From: an uncultured Gemmatimonadaceae bacterium
GTDB taxonomy: Bacteria > Gemmatimonadota > Gemmatimonadetes > Gemmatimonadales > Gemmatimonadaceae
Length of the DNA stretch: 64,000 nucleotides
Direction: 5' to 3'
Assembly (NCBI GenBank): GCA_963829055.1
Contig: CAWHHI010000008.1
Location: 160,001-224,000 of the forward strand
The translations under genes and the position numbers were made by a program. Every line of letters begins with the position of its first letter. The first letter of the stretch is position 1. The notes under the pieces are model-generated. The model saw only the letters and a list, made by a program, of their open reading frames with translations, was not told where the DNA came from and ran no database searches. Shown here in pieces: positions 54,803-64,000 of the stretch.

Positions 54803-55012
54803 TCAGGTCTTCGCCTGTGCGCTGTACCCAGCGTCCTCGACGGCGAGCACGATCTGCTCGGGCGAGATCTGGTCGGGCTGATAACTCACCTGTGCAGCGC
54901 CGACCGCAACGTGCTCGACGTTGACGCCAGGCAGCTCGCGAAGGGCCTGCGAGACGGCCGACACGCAGTGGCTGCATGACATGCCGTCGATTTCAAGCTC
55001 GAGATTGTTCAT
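54803..55012 (-). CDS. copZ: Copper chaperone
   Basis: GMSCSHC heavy-metal-binding motif, AVEDAGY; 69 aa. Confidence 0.93.
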   Translation of the reverse strand: MNNLELEIDGMSCSHCVSAVSQALRELPGVNVEHVAVGAAQVSYQPDQISPEQIVLAVEDAGYSAQAKT

Positions 55013-55044
55013 GGTCTCCGTCGCTCCAATGGCTTCTGGGGTGT

Positions 55045-55073
55045 AAACTAGATACCCCCCACCCCTATGTCAA
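55045..55073 (-). promoter_or_regulatory. sigma70 promoter with a CsoR-type operator in its spacer
   Basis: Minus strand TTGACA-N17-TAGTTT; spacer region ATAGGGGTGGGGGGTAT is a G-tract flanked by ATA/TAT. Confidence 0.8.
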
Positions 55074-55219
55074 CCCGGACCGCCTGATCGGTCGGACGGC
55101 CCATCCCCGCACGCTTGCATCGGGCGTTCCCGCCGTCTTGCTTCCGCAGTGTGACCGCGCGTGGAGCCGACGGCAGGCCCCGTCGATCACGCACCGACCC
55201 ACCCAGTGAGGATGGCTTC

Positions 55220-56626
55220 GTGAGTCCACATCGACTGTCCGGCGTCGACCGCGACAGGCTGCCGATCGGTCGTCTTCGCGGCCTCATCGCGGCTCTCATG
55301 ATCGTCGTGCCGGCCGCGGCAATGGCCCAGACCGTACCGGCGCTCGCACACGAGAAGTACACGCTGCCTAACGGGCTCGAGGTGATCCTCGCGGAGGATC
55401 ACTCGGTGCCGGTAGTAGCCGTGAACACGTGGTTCAAAGTCGGATCGGGCGACGAGCAGGTCGGCCGCACCGGGTTCGCCCACCTGTTCGAGCACATCAT
55501 GTTCATGGGCTCGGAGAACGTGCCGGTCGGCAAGTTCGATCAGTGGCTCGAAGCCGCGGGAGCGAACAACAACGGCTCGACCAATTCCGATCGGACGAAC
55601 TACTACGAGTGGCTGCCGTCCAATGCCCTGCCGCTCGCGCTCTGGCTCGACGCCGATCGCATGGGGCGGCTCCTGCCGACGATGGACCTCGCGAAGGTCG
55701 ACGTGCAGCGCGACGTGGTGAAGAACGAGCGCCGCCAGAGCTACGACAACGTGCCGTATGGTCGAGCCTACGAGACGATCCTCGCGGCGCTGTATCCGCC
55801 GACGCATCCGTACTCGCATTCGACCATCGGCTCGATGACCGACCTCAGCGCGGCATCGCTCGAGGACGTGAAGAATTTCTTCCGTATCTACTACGCGCCT
55901 AACAACGCCACGCTGTCCATTGTGGGCGACTTCCAGCGCGACTCCGTGAAGAAGCTCGTGCAACAATACTTCGGCGGAATTCCGCGTGGCCCTGCTCTCC
56001 CGCCACGCCCGCAGATCACGTCGCAGCCGGTCCCGCGCGACACGTTCCTCGTGCTCGAGGACAAGGTCCAGCTCCCGCGACTGTACTACGCGTGGCGGGC
56101 CGTGAAAGCGTTCCACGAGGACGACGCGCCGCTCGACGTCGTTGCGTACGTGCTCGCGGGTGACAAGAACTCGCGTCTCTACAAACGTCTCGTGTACGAC
56201 ATGCAGGTCGCGCAGGATGTGAGCGCGTTCAACAACAGTCAGCGCCTCGACGGCGGGTTCCAGATCGTCGTCACGCCCAAGCCGGGTCACACGCCCGCCG
56301 AGATGGCCAAGCTCGTGAACGAGGAGCTGCAAAAGCTCCTGGCCAACGGCGTCACGGAGCGAGAGCTCGCGCGCGCGCAGAACACGACCCGTGCGCAATT
56401 CCTCGATCGCATCGCGAGCACTCTCGGGAAGGCAGATCAGCTCAACTACTACAACTACTTCGTCGGCGACCCCGATTACGCCCGCCAGGATGCCGCGCGC
56501 TACGACAAGGTGACGCTCGCCGATGTGAAGCGAGTGGCTGCGTCGTACCTGGGCAAGCCGCGAGTCACACTCACCGTCGTCCCCGAGGGGAAGCGCGACC
56601 TCATGGTGACGGGAGTGATCCAGTGA
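55220..56626 (+). CDS. M16 zinc peptidase, active subunit
   Basis: LPNGL, GFAHLFEH (HxxEH), VVKNERR, YYAPNNA; start uncertain. Confidence 0.93.
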   Translation: MSPHRLSGVDRDRLPIGRLRGLIAALMIVVPAAAMAQTVPALAHEKYTLPNGLEVILAEDHSVPVVAVNTWFKVGSGDEQVGRTGFAHLFEHIMFMGSENVPVGKFDQWLEAAGANNNGSTNSDRTNYYEWLPSNALPLALWLDADRMGRLLPTMDLAKVDVQRDVVKNERRQSYDNVPYGRAYETILAALYPPTHPYSHSTIGSMTDLSAASLEDVKNFFRIYYAPNNATLSIVGDFQRDSVKKLVQQYFGGIPRGPALPPRPQITSQPVPRDTFLVLEDKVQLPRLYYAWRAVKAFHEDDAPLDVVAYVLAGDKNSRLYKRLVYDMQVAQDVSAFNNSQRLDGGFQIVVTPKPGHTPAEMAKLVNEELQKLLANGVTERELARAQNTTRAQFLDRIASTLGKADQLNYYNYFVGDPDYARQDAARYDKVTLADVKRVAASYLGKPRVTLTVVPEGKRDLMVTGVIQ

Positions 56627-58153
56627 TGCGCCACCAATTGCTCGGCTCACCGATCTCGCGAGCACTCGCGTGTGCGCTGTTGACGGTCGGCGCCGCCTGT
56701 TCGCAGCGTCGAACCACGCCTCCGACGACGACGCCCACTCCGGCACCCGCCACCGCGGCACCAGCAACCGCGGCACCAGCAACCGCGGCGGTCGACCTGA
56801 CGAAACCGCCGGTGCTCGGACCGCCAAAGGCACTGTCGCTACCCGCGGTCGTGACGCGGGAGCTGCCGAACGGCCTGCAACTCATGGTCGTCGAGCAGCA
56901 CGAGCTGCCGCTCGCGGATTTCGTGCTCGTCGTGAAGAGCGGAGCCGAGACGGATGAGGTCAGCAAGCTCGGGACGGCGACGCTCGCGACGTCTCTCCTC
57001 AAGGAAGGCACCACGTCTCGCAATTCGCTTCAGATCGCCGACCAGGAAGCGTTCCTGGGCGTCGACATCTCCACGGGGAGCGGGTGGGATGCGACGACGC
57101 TGCAACTCCACACGCCGACGGCGCAGATGGACAGCGCGCTCGCGCTGTTCGCGGACATCGCGCTTGCGTCCCGCGTTTCCGGCGAACGAGCTCGAACGCC
57201 TGCGCAAGAACCGCCTAACGAGCCTGCTGCAGGTGAAGGACCGCGGGCCGGAGATGGCCAATCGCGCCTACGCGGCAATCGTCTTCGGCTCGGCGGCGTA
57301 CGGACGGCCGTCGACGGGCAATGAGGCGACCACGAACGCGATCCAGCAGAGCGACATCCGCCGCTTCTACGAGACGTACTTCCGGCCCAACAACGCGACG
57401 TTGGTCGTGGTGGGCGACGTGAAGCCCGACGACATCGAGCGCCGCGTACGCGCGCTGTTCGGCGGCTGGGAGCGTCGTGCCGTGCCAGCCGCCACGTATG
57501 GTCAACCGGCGCCGGCCAAGGCGACGACGATCTACGTCGTGGACAAGCCCGGCGCGGCGCAGTCCTCATTCCGCATCGGCAGCGTAGGCGTCGCGCGCAA
57601 CACTGCGGATTACTTCCCGCTCACAGTGATGAACACCGTGTTAGGCGGGTCGTTCACCAGCCGCCTCAACCAGAACCTTCGCGAGACCAAGGCCTACACG
57701 TACGGCGCGAGCTCGGGCTTCGGCATGCGTCGCGCGCCAGGGCCGTTCATCGCGAGCGCCGAGGTCGTTGCGGCAAAGACGGACTCGGCGCTGCTCGAGT
57801 TCATGAAGGAGTTGCGCGCGATTCGCGATACGGTGCCTCGCGATGAGCTCGAGAAAACGAAGCGGTACCTGCAGCTTCAGCTACCGGGCAGTTTCGAGAC
57901 CACCGGCGGGATCGCAGGTCAGCTCGCGCAACTCGTGCCGTACGACGTGCCGCCGAGTTTCTACAACGACTACACGCAAGGGATTGCGACAGTGACGCAG
58001 GCGGACGTGCAGCGGGTCGCGCGTCAGTACATCGATCCGGACAAGCTCTCGATCGTCATCGTCGGCGATCGGAAGTCGATCGAGCCGGGACTCAAGTCGA
58101 CGAAGGTGGGTGATGTCGTCATCGTAGACATCACCGGACGGCCAGCGATGTAA
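56623..58153 (+). CDS. M16 peptidase partner subunit (lipoprotein, no HxxEH), frameshift near 57165
   Basis: Lipobox AAC, LPNGL, YFRPNNA, SRLNQNLRETKAYTYG. Confidence 0.88.
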
Positions 58154-58183
58154 CCCGTTCGCGTGATGCGCACTTCAGGTACG

Positions 58184-58444
58184 TCAGGTATTCAGCCCCG
58201 CGGCACGCAGGGTCTCCATCACGCGGCGGCGCAGCGTTTCGGGCGCGCGGGCCTCGCTCTCTTTCGCCGACGAAAGCGCGGCGAGAAAGACGCGGGCATA
58301 GTCGTGATGCGGGAGACAACTCCCACAGCGCTCGAGGTGTCGGCGTACGTCGCCCATGCGTTCGGGCGTCAGCTCGTCGTCGAGGTAGTCCCAGAGCTTC
58401 TGGACTGCGGTGCGGCAGTCGATTTCGTCATTGCAGTCAGTCAT
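58184..58444 (-). CDS. Zinc-binding anti-sigma factor (zf-HC2/ZAS)
   Basis: DC...LWDYLDDEL...HLERCGSC (HxxxCxxC). Confidence 0.9.
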   Translation of the reverse strand: MTDCNDEIDCRTAVQKLWDYLDDELTPERMGDVRRHLERCGSCLPHHDYARVFLAALSSAKESEARAPETLRRRVMETLRAAGLNT

Positions 58445-59174
58445 CCTTCGTTCCGCGTTGGCCGCGTTGGGCGGTCGTGAAGCCGGCATCGCGCGCGTAA
58501 GTAATGAGTTTGTCCTGGAGTATCCGCCGACCGCGGAAGAGGCGGGAGCGGACGGTTCCTATGGGTACACCGAGAATTTGTGCGGCCGCCTCGTACGACT
58601 GGTCTTCGAGGTCCACGAGCAACACCGCCGACTTGAATGGCTCATCCAACTCATCGAGCGCCCGACGGAGCGCTGGCGCGAGGTCGATTCGCGAAAGAAT
58701 CTGATCGCTGCCATCACGCACCATCTGGCCGTGGGTCGCGAATGTCGTCAGTGCCTCGACGTCGCCGTCCTCGATGTCCACGTGCCGACGTTCACGCTCA
58801 CGCGATCTCAGGAAGACGTTTCGCGTGATCGTGAACAGCCATCGCCGCGCGTCGCTTCCAGGCTGGAATGTGTGCCAGGAGCGATACGCGCGAAGAAAGG
58901 TTTCCTGGACGATATCATCCGCATCCGACGCGTCGCGTGTGAGCGACAGCGCAAACCGGTAGACGTCGTCGATGAACGGAAGAGCTTCGGATTCGAACCG
59001 AACGTCCTCCTCACGCGTGGTGCTGGGCGAGACGGACGTTTCCGGCACTAACCGTTCTGACGCTTCCTTGGTTCCCACGTCGGCGTCCGAGGGTGGCCGC
59101 CCAGGGGCCCCGTCGCCACCGGGCACCTCTTCAGCCCCTCCCGCCGACGTGCTCGACCGCGTATCAATTGCCAT
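58437..59174 (-). CDS. ECF sigma factor (SigH/SigR-like)
   Basis: DADDIVQETFLRAY, WLFTITRN, GTVRSRLFRGR; start may instead be GTG 59048. Confidence 0.93.
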   Translation of the reverse strand: MAIDTRSSTSAGGAEEVPGGDGAPGRPPSDADVGTKEASERLVPETSVSPSTTREEDVRFESEALPFIDDVYRFALSLTRDASDADDIVQETFLRAYRSWHTFQPGSDARRWLFTITRNVFLRSRERERRHVDIEDGDVEALTTFATHGQMVRDGSDQILSRIDLAPALRRALDELDEPFKSAVLLVDLEDQSYEAAAQILGVPIGTVRSRLFRGRRILQDKLITYARDAGFTTAQRGQRGTKDD

Positions 59175-59243
59175 CGTCCGCCCTTCGTCCGGAGTGATCG
59201 ACTGATCCTCGCCTCGCCTACTCTAATCGCCGCGGTCGCATCC

Positions 59244-62087
59244 GTGGTCGCCACCGGCGCGGTGCTCGCTCTCATAGTAGAGCACGCGCGGCGTCGCGGC
59301 GCTACGCGCGGGCTGGAGCTTCGCGACGGGACGATCGACAGACTCAACGGCGACGTCGTCGCGCTGCGATCGATGCTGCAGGATTATACCCACCAGCGCG
59401 AGGCCGCGGAGGAAGTGTTACGACACGGCGAGGAGCGCTACCGGGTCCTCGTCGACAATCTGACGACGATCGTGTTCCAGATCGACCGCGACCTGCGCTG
59501 GACCTTTCTGAATCCGGCGTGGGAGACCGTCACGGGCCGATCCCCAGCGGAAAGCATCGGCCAGGTGGCAACGGCACTCATGGTCGACGAGGACGCGTCG
59601 GAGTGCGCTACGGAGCTCCGCGCCCTGATCGACGGCCAACGTTCGCTCGCCGAGCACGTGGTTCGCGTGCGGTGCGTCGCTGGCCAGATGCACTGGCTCG
59701 AGCTCCGCGCGTTGCCGATGGTCGATACCCACGGCGTGATCGTTGGTGTCAGCGGCACGCTGAGCGATGTCACCGCTCGGGTATCCGTCGAGCTCGAGCT
59801 ACGCCGTCAACAGACGCTCTACCGCCTCATCGCAGAGAACTCGAGCGATATGATCGCGCTCATTTCTCTGCATGGCGGCCAGTTCACGTATGTCAGCCCG
59901 TCGACGCAACACGTCCTGGGATACACCGCGGAAGAAGTCGTCGGCATGGAGTGGTGGACGCTGCTCGATCCGGCGGACGGCGAACGCATCAAGCGTACGG
60001 TGACGACCATCCGAGACCAGAAGCCGCTCACGGAAACGGCTCGCGTGCGGCGGAAGGATGGCACCTGGGTGTGGCTGGAAGCGCGTGTCGACGCGGTACT
60101 CGAGGAGGACGGGACGGTCGTCGGCTACCGAATAACAGCCCGGGATTACACCGAGCAACGCGACGCCGGACTCGCCCTCACCGAAAGTGAGGCCAAGTAT
60201 CGCCTGTTGGCCGAGTCGATCGATGACATCGTGTGCCTGCAGGATCTGGACGGCACGGCGCTGTACTACTCGGCGTCCACCGAGAAAACGCTCGGCTTCA
60301 CGCCCGCTGAGCTGGTCGGCAAGGATGCGTTCGCGCTCACGCACCCCGACGACCTGGCCAAGCTCGCCGGCGATACGTACCTCGCCGTGCTGCGGGGGGA
60401 AACACCGTTGGTCGAGTGGCGTTGTCTCCGGAAAGACGGCTCGTACATCTGGGTCGAGACCCACACCGCACTGCTTCGCAACGAGTCAGGCGTGCCGGAC
60501 CGCCTGCTCAGCGTCACTCGTGACATTGAGGCGCGGAAGCACGCGCAGGAAGCGCTGCATCAGTCCGAGGAACGAATGCGCGCGCTCATTGCGCGCGCCG
60601 CCTACGGGATCTTCCGTTCGACGCGAGAGGGTCGCTTCCTCGACGTGAACCCGGCGCTCGTCTCGTTACTCGGCTACGACTCGGCTGAGCAGTTGATGTC
60701 GATCGACATCCCGCGTGAGCTTTACGTCGACCCAGAAGAGCGCGATCGCTGGATCACCGCAATCGATAGCGGCGCGCATCCGGAGTGGTTCGACCTAACG
60801 TGGCGACGAAAGGACGGTGCTCTGATCGCCGTTCGTCTGTCCGCGCGTGCGGCACGCGACCCGTACGGCGACGTGTTGTGGTACGAAGGCATCGCGGAGA
60901 ACGTCACGGAGCGGCTCCGCCGCGAGGTGGTCGTCCGCCGCGCGGAGCGGATGGCGAGCCTCGGGCATACGTTGGCCGGCGTGGCGCACGAGTTGAACAA
61001 CCCGCTGGCGGCGATCTCCGGCTTCGCGCAGATCCTGATGAAGACGAATCTTCCGAAGGAGGATCGCAGCGCCATCGAGACGGTCCATCGCGAAGCGAAG
61101 CGCGCGGCGAAGATCGTCAAGGACCTGCTGACGTTCGCGCGGCGCCAGGAATCGTCGGAGCGGCACATCGTCGACCTCAACGGCATCGTGCGCTACATCG
61201 CCGACACGCAGCGCTACGCGATGGAAACGCACGGTGTAGTCTGCCAGCTCGCGCTGAGCGACGCGCCGGCATTTGTCTCCGCGGATCCGGCGCAGCTCGA
61301 GCAGGTCATGCTCAACCTCCTCGTGAATGCTCGTCAGGCGCTGGAGACGATAACTGCACCGACTGTGTCCGGCGGTGTCGCGTCAGGCACGCTCCGGACT
61401 CCGATGGTCGTCATTCGAACGTCGGTTCGTGCGAACACGGTGACGCTCGAAATCAGCGACAATGGCCCGGGTATCGCACCGGCGGAGCTACCGCGCATCT
61501 GGGATCCGTTCTGGACGACGAAAGAAGAAGGCGAAGGCACAGGCCTCGGGCTATCTGTCGTACACGGCATCGTCACCGAACACGGCGGCAGCATCGACGT
61601 CGAGACGCATGTCGGTGCGGGAACGACGTTCTGTGTGTCATTGCCCTCGTTCAACCGCGACAGCAGCGACGGCCGCCTGGCGGTGGAGACGGTTCCGCTT
61701 GGTCCACCATCGCAGCATGCGGAGCGGCCACTGGACATTCTCGTCATCGACGATGAGGAAGTGATCGTTGGCCTGTTGGTGCGCTATTTCTCCTCACGAG
61801 GACACGCGGTGGTTCCCGCGCACGAAGGGCGTCAGGCGCTCCGCGTCGCGCAGCACTCGAGCTTCGACGTGGTGATCTGCGATCTACGAATGCCGGGCAT
61901 GGATGGCGCAGAGGTGATCCGGCGACTCAAGGAAATACCGACGTGCTCGAGTGCGCGGTTCGTGCTATCGACGGGTGATACCGCGACGCCCGTGGTGCGC
62001 GAACGCATCGAGGGGTTGAATCTGGCCGCCGTCGTGGAAAAGCCGTACGAGGTCGAAGCGTTGCGACGCATCGTCGAAGATGGGTGA
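59244..62087 (+). CDS. Hybrid histidine kinase: four PAS domains + HisKA + HATPase + receiver
   Basis: VAHELNNPL, NLLVNA, DNGPG, GTGLGL, VIDDE, DLRMP. Confidence 0.93.
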   Translation: MVATGAVLALIVEHARRRGATRGLELRDGTIDRLNGDVVALRSMLQDYTHQREAAEEVLRHGEERYRVLVDNLTTIVFQIDRDLRWTFLNPAWETVTGRSPAESIGQVATALMVDEDASECATELRALIDGQRSLAEHVVRVRCVAGQMHWLELRALPMVDTHGVIVGVSGTLSDVTARVSVELELRRQQTLYRLIAENSSDMIALISLHGGQFTYVSPSTQHVLGYTAEEVVGMEWWTLLDPADGERIKRTVTTIRDQKPLTETARVRRKDGTWVWLEARVDAVLEEDGTVVGYRITARDYTEQRDAGLALTESEAKYRLLAESIDDIVCLQDLDGTALYYSASTEKTLGFTPAELVGKDAFALTHPDDLAKLAGDTYLAVLRGETPLVEWRCLRKDGSYIWVETHTALLRNESGVPDRLLSVTRDIEARKHAQEALHQSEERMRALIARAAYGIFRSTREGRFLDVNPALVSLLGYDSAEQLMSIDIPRELYVDPEERDRWITAIDSGAHPEWFDLTWRRKDGALIAVRLSARAARDPYGDVLWYEGIAENVTERLRREVVVRRAERMASLGHTLAGVAHELNNPLAAISGFAQILMKTNLPKEDRSAIETVHREAKRAAKIVKDLLTFARRQESSERHIVDLNGIVRYIADTQRYAMETHGVVCQLALSDAPAFVSADPAQLEQVMLNLLVNARQALETITAPTVSGGVASGTLRTPMVVIRTSVRANTVTLEISDNGPGIAPAELPRIWDPFWTTKEEGEGTGLGLSVVHGIVTEHGGSIDVETHVGAGTTFCVSLPSFNRDSSDGRLAVETVPLGPPSQHAERPLDILVIDDEEVIVGLLVRYFSSRGHAVVPAHEGRQALRVAQHSSFDVVICDLRMPGMDGAEVIRRLKEIPTCSSARFVLSTGDTATPVVRERIEGLNLAAVVEKPYEVEALRRIVEDG

Positions 62088-62848
62088 GACATCGTCCGCG
62101 GCCGCCGAGTCGGTCGACCGCGCGCGGTCGTTGCTACGGCGCGCGAGGCGAGTGGTAGCCCTCACGGGTGCGGGCGTGAGCGCCGAGTCCGGAGTGCCCA
62201 CATTTCGAGGCCAGGGTGGTCTGTGGCGTCAGTATCGTGCGGAGGACCTCGCTACTCCGGAGGCCTTCGCGCACGACCCGCGACTCGTGTGGGAGTGGTA
62301 CGGATGGCGCCGCAGCGTCGTATCCGGCTGCGCACCTAACGCCGCACATGCTGCGCTCGCCAGCGCGGCGGCCGCACACGACGACTTCCGGATCGTCACG
62401 CAGAACGTGGACGGCCTGCACGTCCAGGCGGCGCAGCGACGTTCGGGCCATGCCACTCGAGCTGCACGGCTCGCTGTACCGATCCCGCTGTACGCGCTGC
62501 GATCACCGCTGGGATGATCGCGGCACCATTGATGCAACTTCACGCGAGACACTCCCACGGTGCGCCGCCTGCGGCATGCTCGCTCGGCCGGACATTGTGT
62601 GGTTCGGCGAGGCGCTCGATCCGTCGGTTCTCGGCGAGGCGATGCGCCTCGCCGAGAATGCCGAAGTGTGCCTCGTGATCGGCACGAGCGCGCTCGTCCA
62701 TCCAGCCGCCGGTCTCGCCGATCTCACGCGTCGTCATGGTGGCAGCGTGATCGAGATCAACGTCGCCGATACGCCGCTCACACCAACAGCCACTGTGTCA
62801 CTCCGCGGGCCCGCTGCCGCGATCGTGCCCGATCTCCTCGCCTCCTAG
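62080..62848 (+). CDS. cobB: NAD-dependent deacylase (sirtuin), frameshift near 62440
   Basis: GAGVSAESGVPTFRG, TQNVDGLH, ELHG, CxxC..CxxC, RPDIVWFGE, IGTS. Confidence 0.93.
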
Positions 62849-62857
62849 ACGCAGCCC

Positions 62858-63502
62858 ATGGGCATCCTGGATCTCGCCGCGATCCGTAAGGACTACGCGC
62901 TCTCGTCACTGACGGAGCGCGATGTCGATGCGGACCCGATCCGACAGTTCGAGCGGTGGTTCGCCGATGCGCTATCCGCGCAGGTGCTCGAGCCTAACGC
63001 CATGACGCTCGCCACCGCCACGCGCGACGGATCTCCCTCGGCGCGCATTGTCCTGCTCAAGGGCGTGGACGCCCATGGCTTCACGTTCTTCACGGACTAC
63101 CGAAGTCGAAAGGGCGCCGAGCTGACGGAGAACCCGCTCGCGGCGCTCACCTTTCTCTGGAAGGAGATCGAGCGTCAGGTGCGCATCGCGGGTGCCGTGT
63201 CACGCGTGAGCAGCGCCGAGTCCGAGGCGTATTTCCGTTCACGCCCGCCGGGCAGCCGACTGGGCGCGTGGGCATCGCATCAGAGCGCCGTCATCGCCAG
63301 CCGTGAAGCGCTCGAGGAGCGTCTTCGCGACGTGACGCGGCAGTTCCCGACCGATGACATTCCGCTACCGCCGCACTGGGGCGGGTTCCGTGTCGTTCCA
63401 GACGAGATCGAGTTCTGGCAGGGACGTCCGAGCCGGCTGCACGATCGGCTGCGGTATCATCGCGAGCCAAGCGGGTGGCGGATAGAGAGGCTGTCGCCGT
63501 GA
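62858..63502 (+). CDS. pdxH: Pyridoxamine 5'-phosphate oxidase
   Basis: [30 protein letters not shown]. Confidence 0.96.
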   Translation: MGILDLAAIRKDYALSSLTERDVDADPIRQFERWFADALSAQVLEPNAMTLATATRDGSPSARIVLLKGVDAHGFTFFTDYRSRKGAELTENPLAALTFLWKEIERQVRIAGAVSRVSSAESEAYFRSRPPGSRLGAWASHQSAVIASREALEERLRDVTRQFPTDDIPLPPHWGGFRVVPDEIEFWQGRPSRLHDRLRYHREPSGWRIERLSP

Positions 63503-63589
63503 GGAGGCCGGCGGTCGGGGGCCTTAGGAAGGAGGCCTCAGGAAGGCGGAGGGCGGACGACGTGACGGCGGAACGACGGCAGCGCCACC

Positions 63590-64000
63590 TTACCAGAGAC
63601 GCGCCGCCTCCTGTAGCTCCTCCCGGAGCTTTACGTAGCTCTCGTGGCGGCGGGCGCTCACGTCGCGCGCGGCGATCGCCTCCAGCACCGCGCAGCCTGG
63701 CTCCACCGTGTGCGTGCAGTCCGCAAATCGACACAACGCTGTCAGCGGGCGGAATTCCGGAAAGCAGTCGGCCAGGTCGCTCGGGTCCAGGCCCCACATG
63801 CCGATCTCGCGCAGACCCGGCGTGTCGGCCACGAAGCCGCCGTCGGGGAGCGGATGCAGCAGCGCACCGACGGTCGTGTGGCGGCCCTTGTTGACCGACT
63901 CGCTGATCTCGCCGACGCGCAGGTTGAGGCCCGGATACAGCGCGTTCATGAGGGACGATTTCCCCACGCCGGACGGACCCGTGAGCGCAGACGTTCGGTT
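63590..64000 (-). CDS. rsgA: Ribosome biogenesis GTPase RsgA (C-terminal part; runs off the window)
   Basis: GPSGVGKSSL, GRHTT, DTPG, CRFADCTHTVEPGC. Confidence 0.95.
   Translation of the reverse strand, partial: NRTSALTGPSGVGKSSLMNALYPGLNLRVGEISESVNKGRHTTVGALLHPLPDGGFVADTPGLREIGMWGLDPSDLADCFPEFRPLTALCRFADCTHTVEPGCAVLEAIAARDVSARRHESYVKLREELQEAARLW

Larger units (their letters stand above)
1015..62999. repeat. Dispersed, over-represented heptamer CCTAACG/CGTTAGG
   Basis: 46 exact copies counted by hand (26 CCTAACG, 20 CGTTAGG on the + strand) plus 8 more CCTAAC/GTTAGG cores. Confidence 0.85.

Noticed and set aside
56746..56790. 15-bp tandem repeats in the M16 partner gene
   Set aside because: They encode an ordinary PATAA x3 low-complexity linker after the lipoprotein signal.
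63510..63590. Short purine-rich direct repeats (GGCCTYAGGAAGG x2) between pdxH and rsgA
   Set aside because: Too short and degenerate to support a call.

Overview
GC-rich (roughly two-thirds G+C, estimated by eye) bacterial chromosomal window. Gene content (tandem Ser/Thr kinases, SARP/BTAD-TPR regulator, M14/M16/M56 peptidases, TonB receptor, fused 2-oxoacid dehydrogenase E1) suggests Gemmatimonadota; this is an inference. It holds about 55 mostly housekeeping genes, many broken by single-base indels that look like assembly errors. I saw no rRNA, tRNA, CRISPR array or transposase. Signals the ORF track misses: (1) the non-palindromic heptamer CCTAACG/CGTTAGG, counted by hand 46 times on both strands and forced into coding frames through rare codons, like an uptake-sequence/HIP1-type genome mark; (2) an unannotated Rdx/SelW-family selenoprotein (CxxU plus SECIS hairpin) translationally coupled to pfkA; (3) a yybP-ykoY (Mn2+) riboswitch ahead of htpX; (4) a two-operon copper island, with a CruR/DUF2946-like leader + TonB receptor + BNR protein + TlpA facing copZ-cupredoxin-copA-csoR plus two uncharacterised envelope genes; (5) a small HNH nuclease behind a sigma54-like promoter and a terminator-containing leader.
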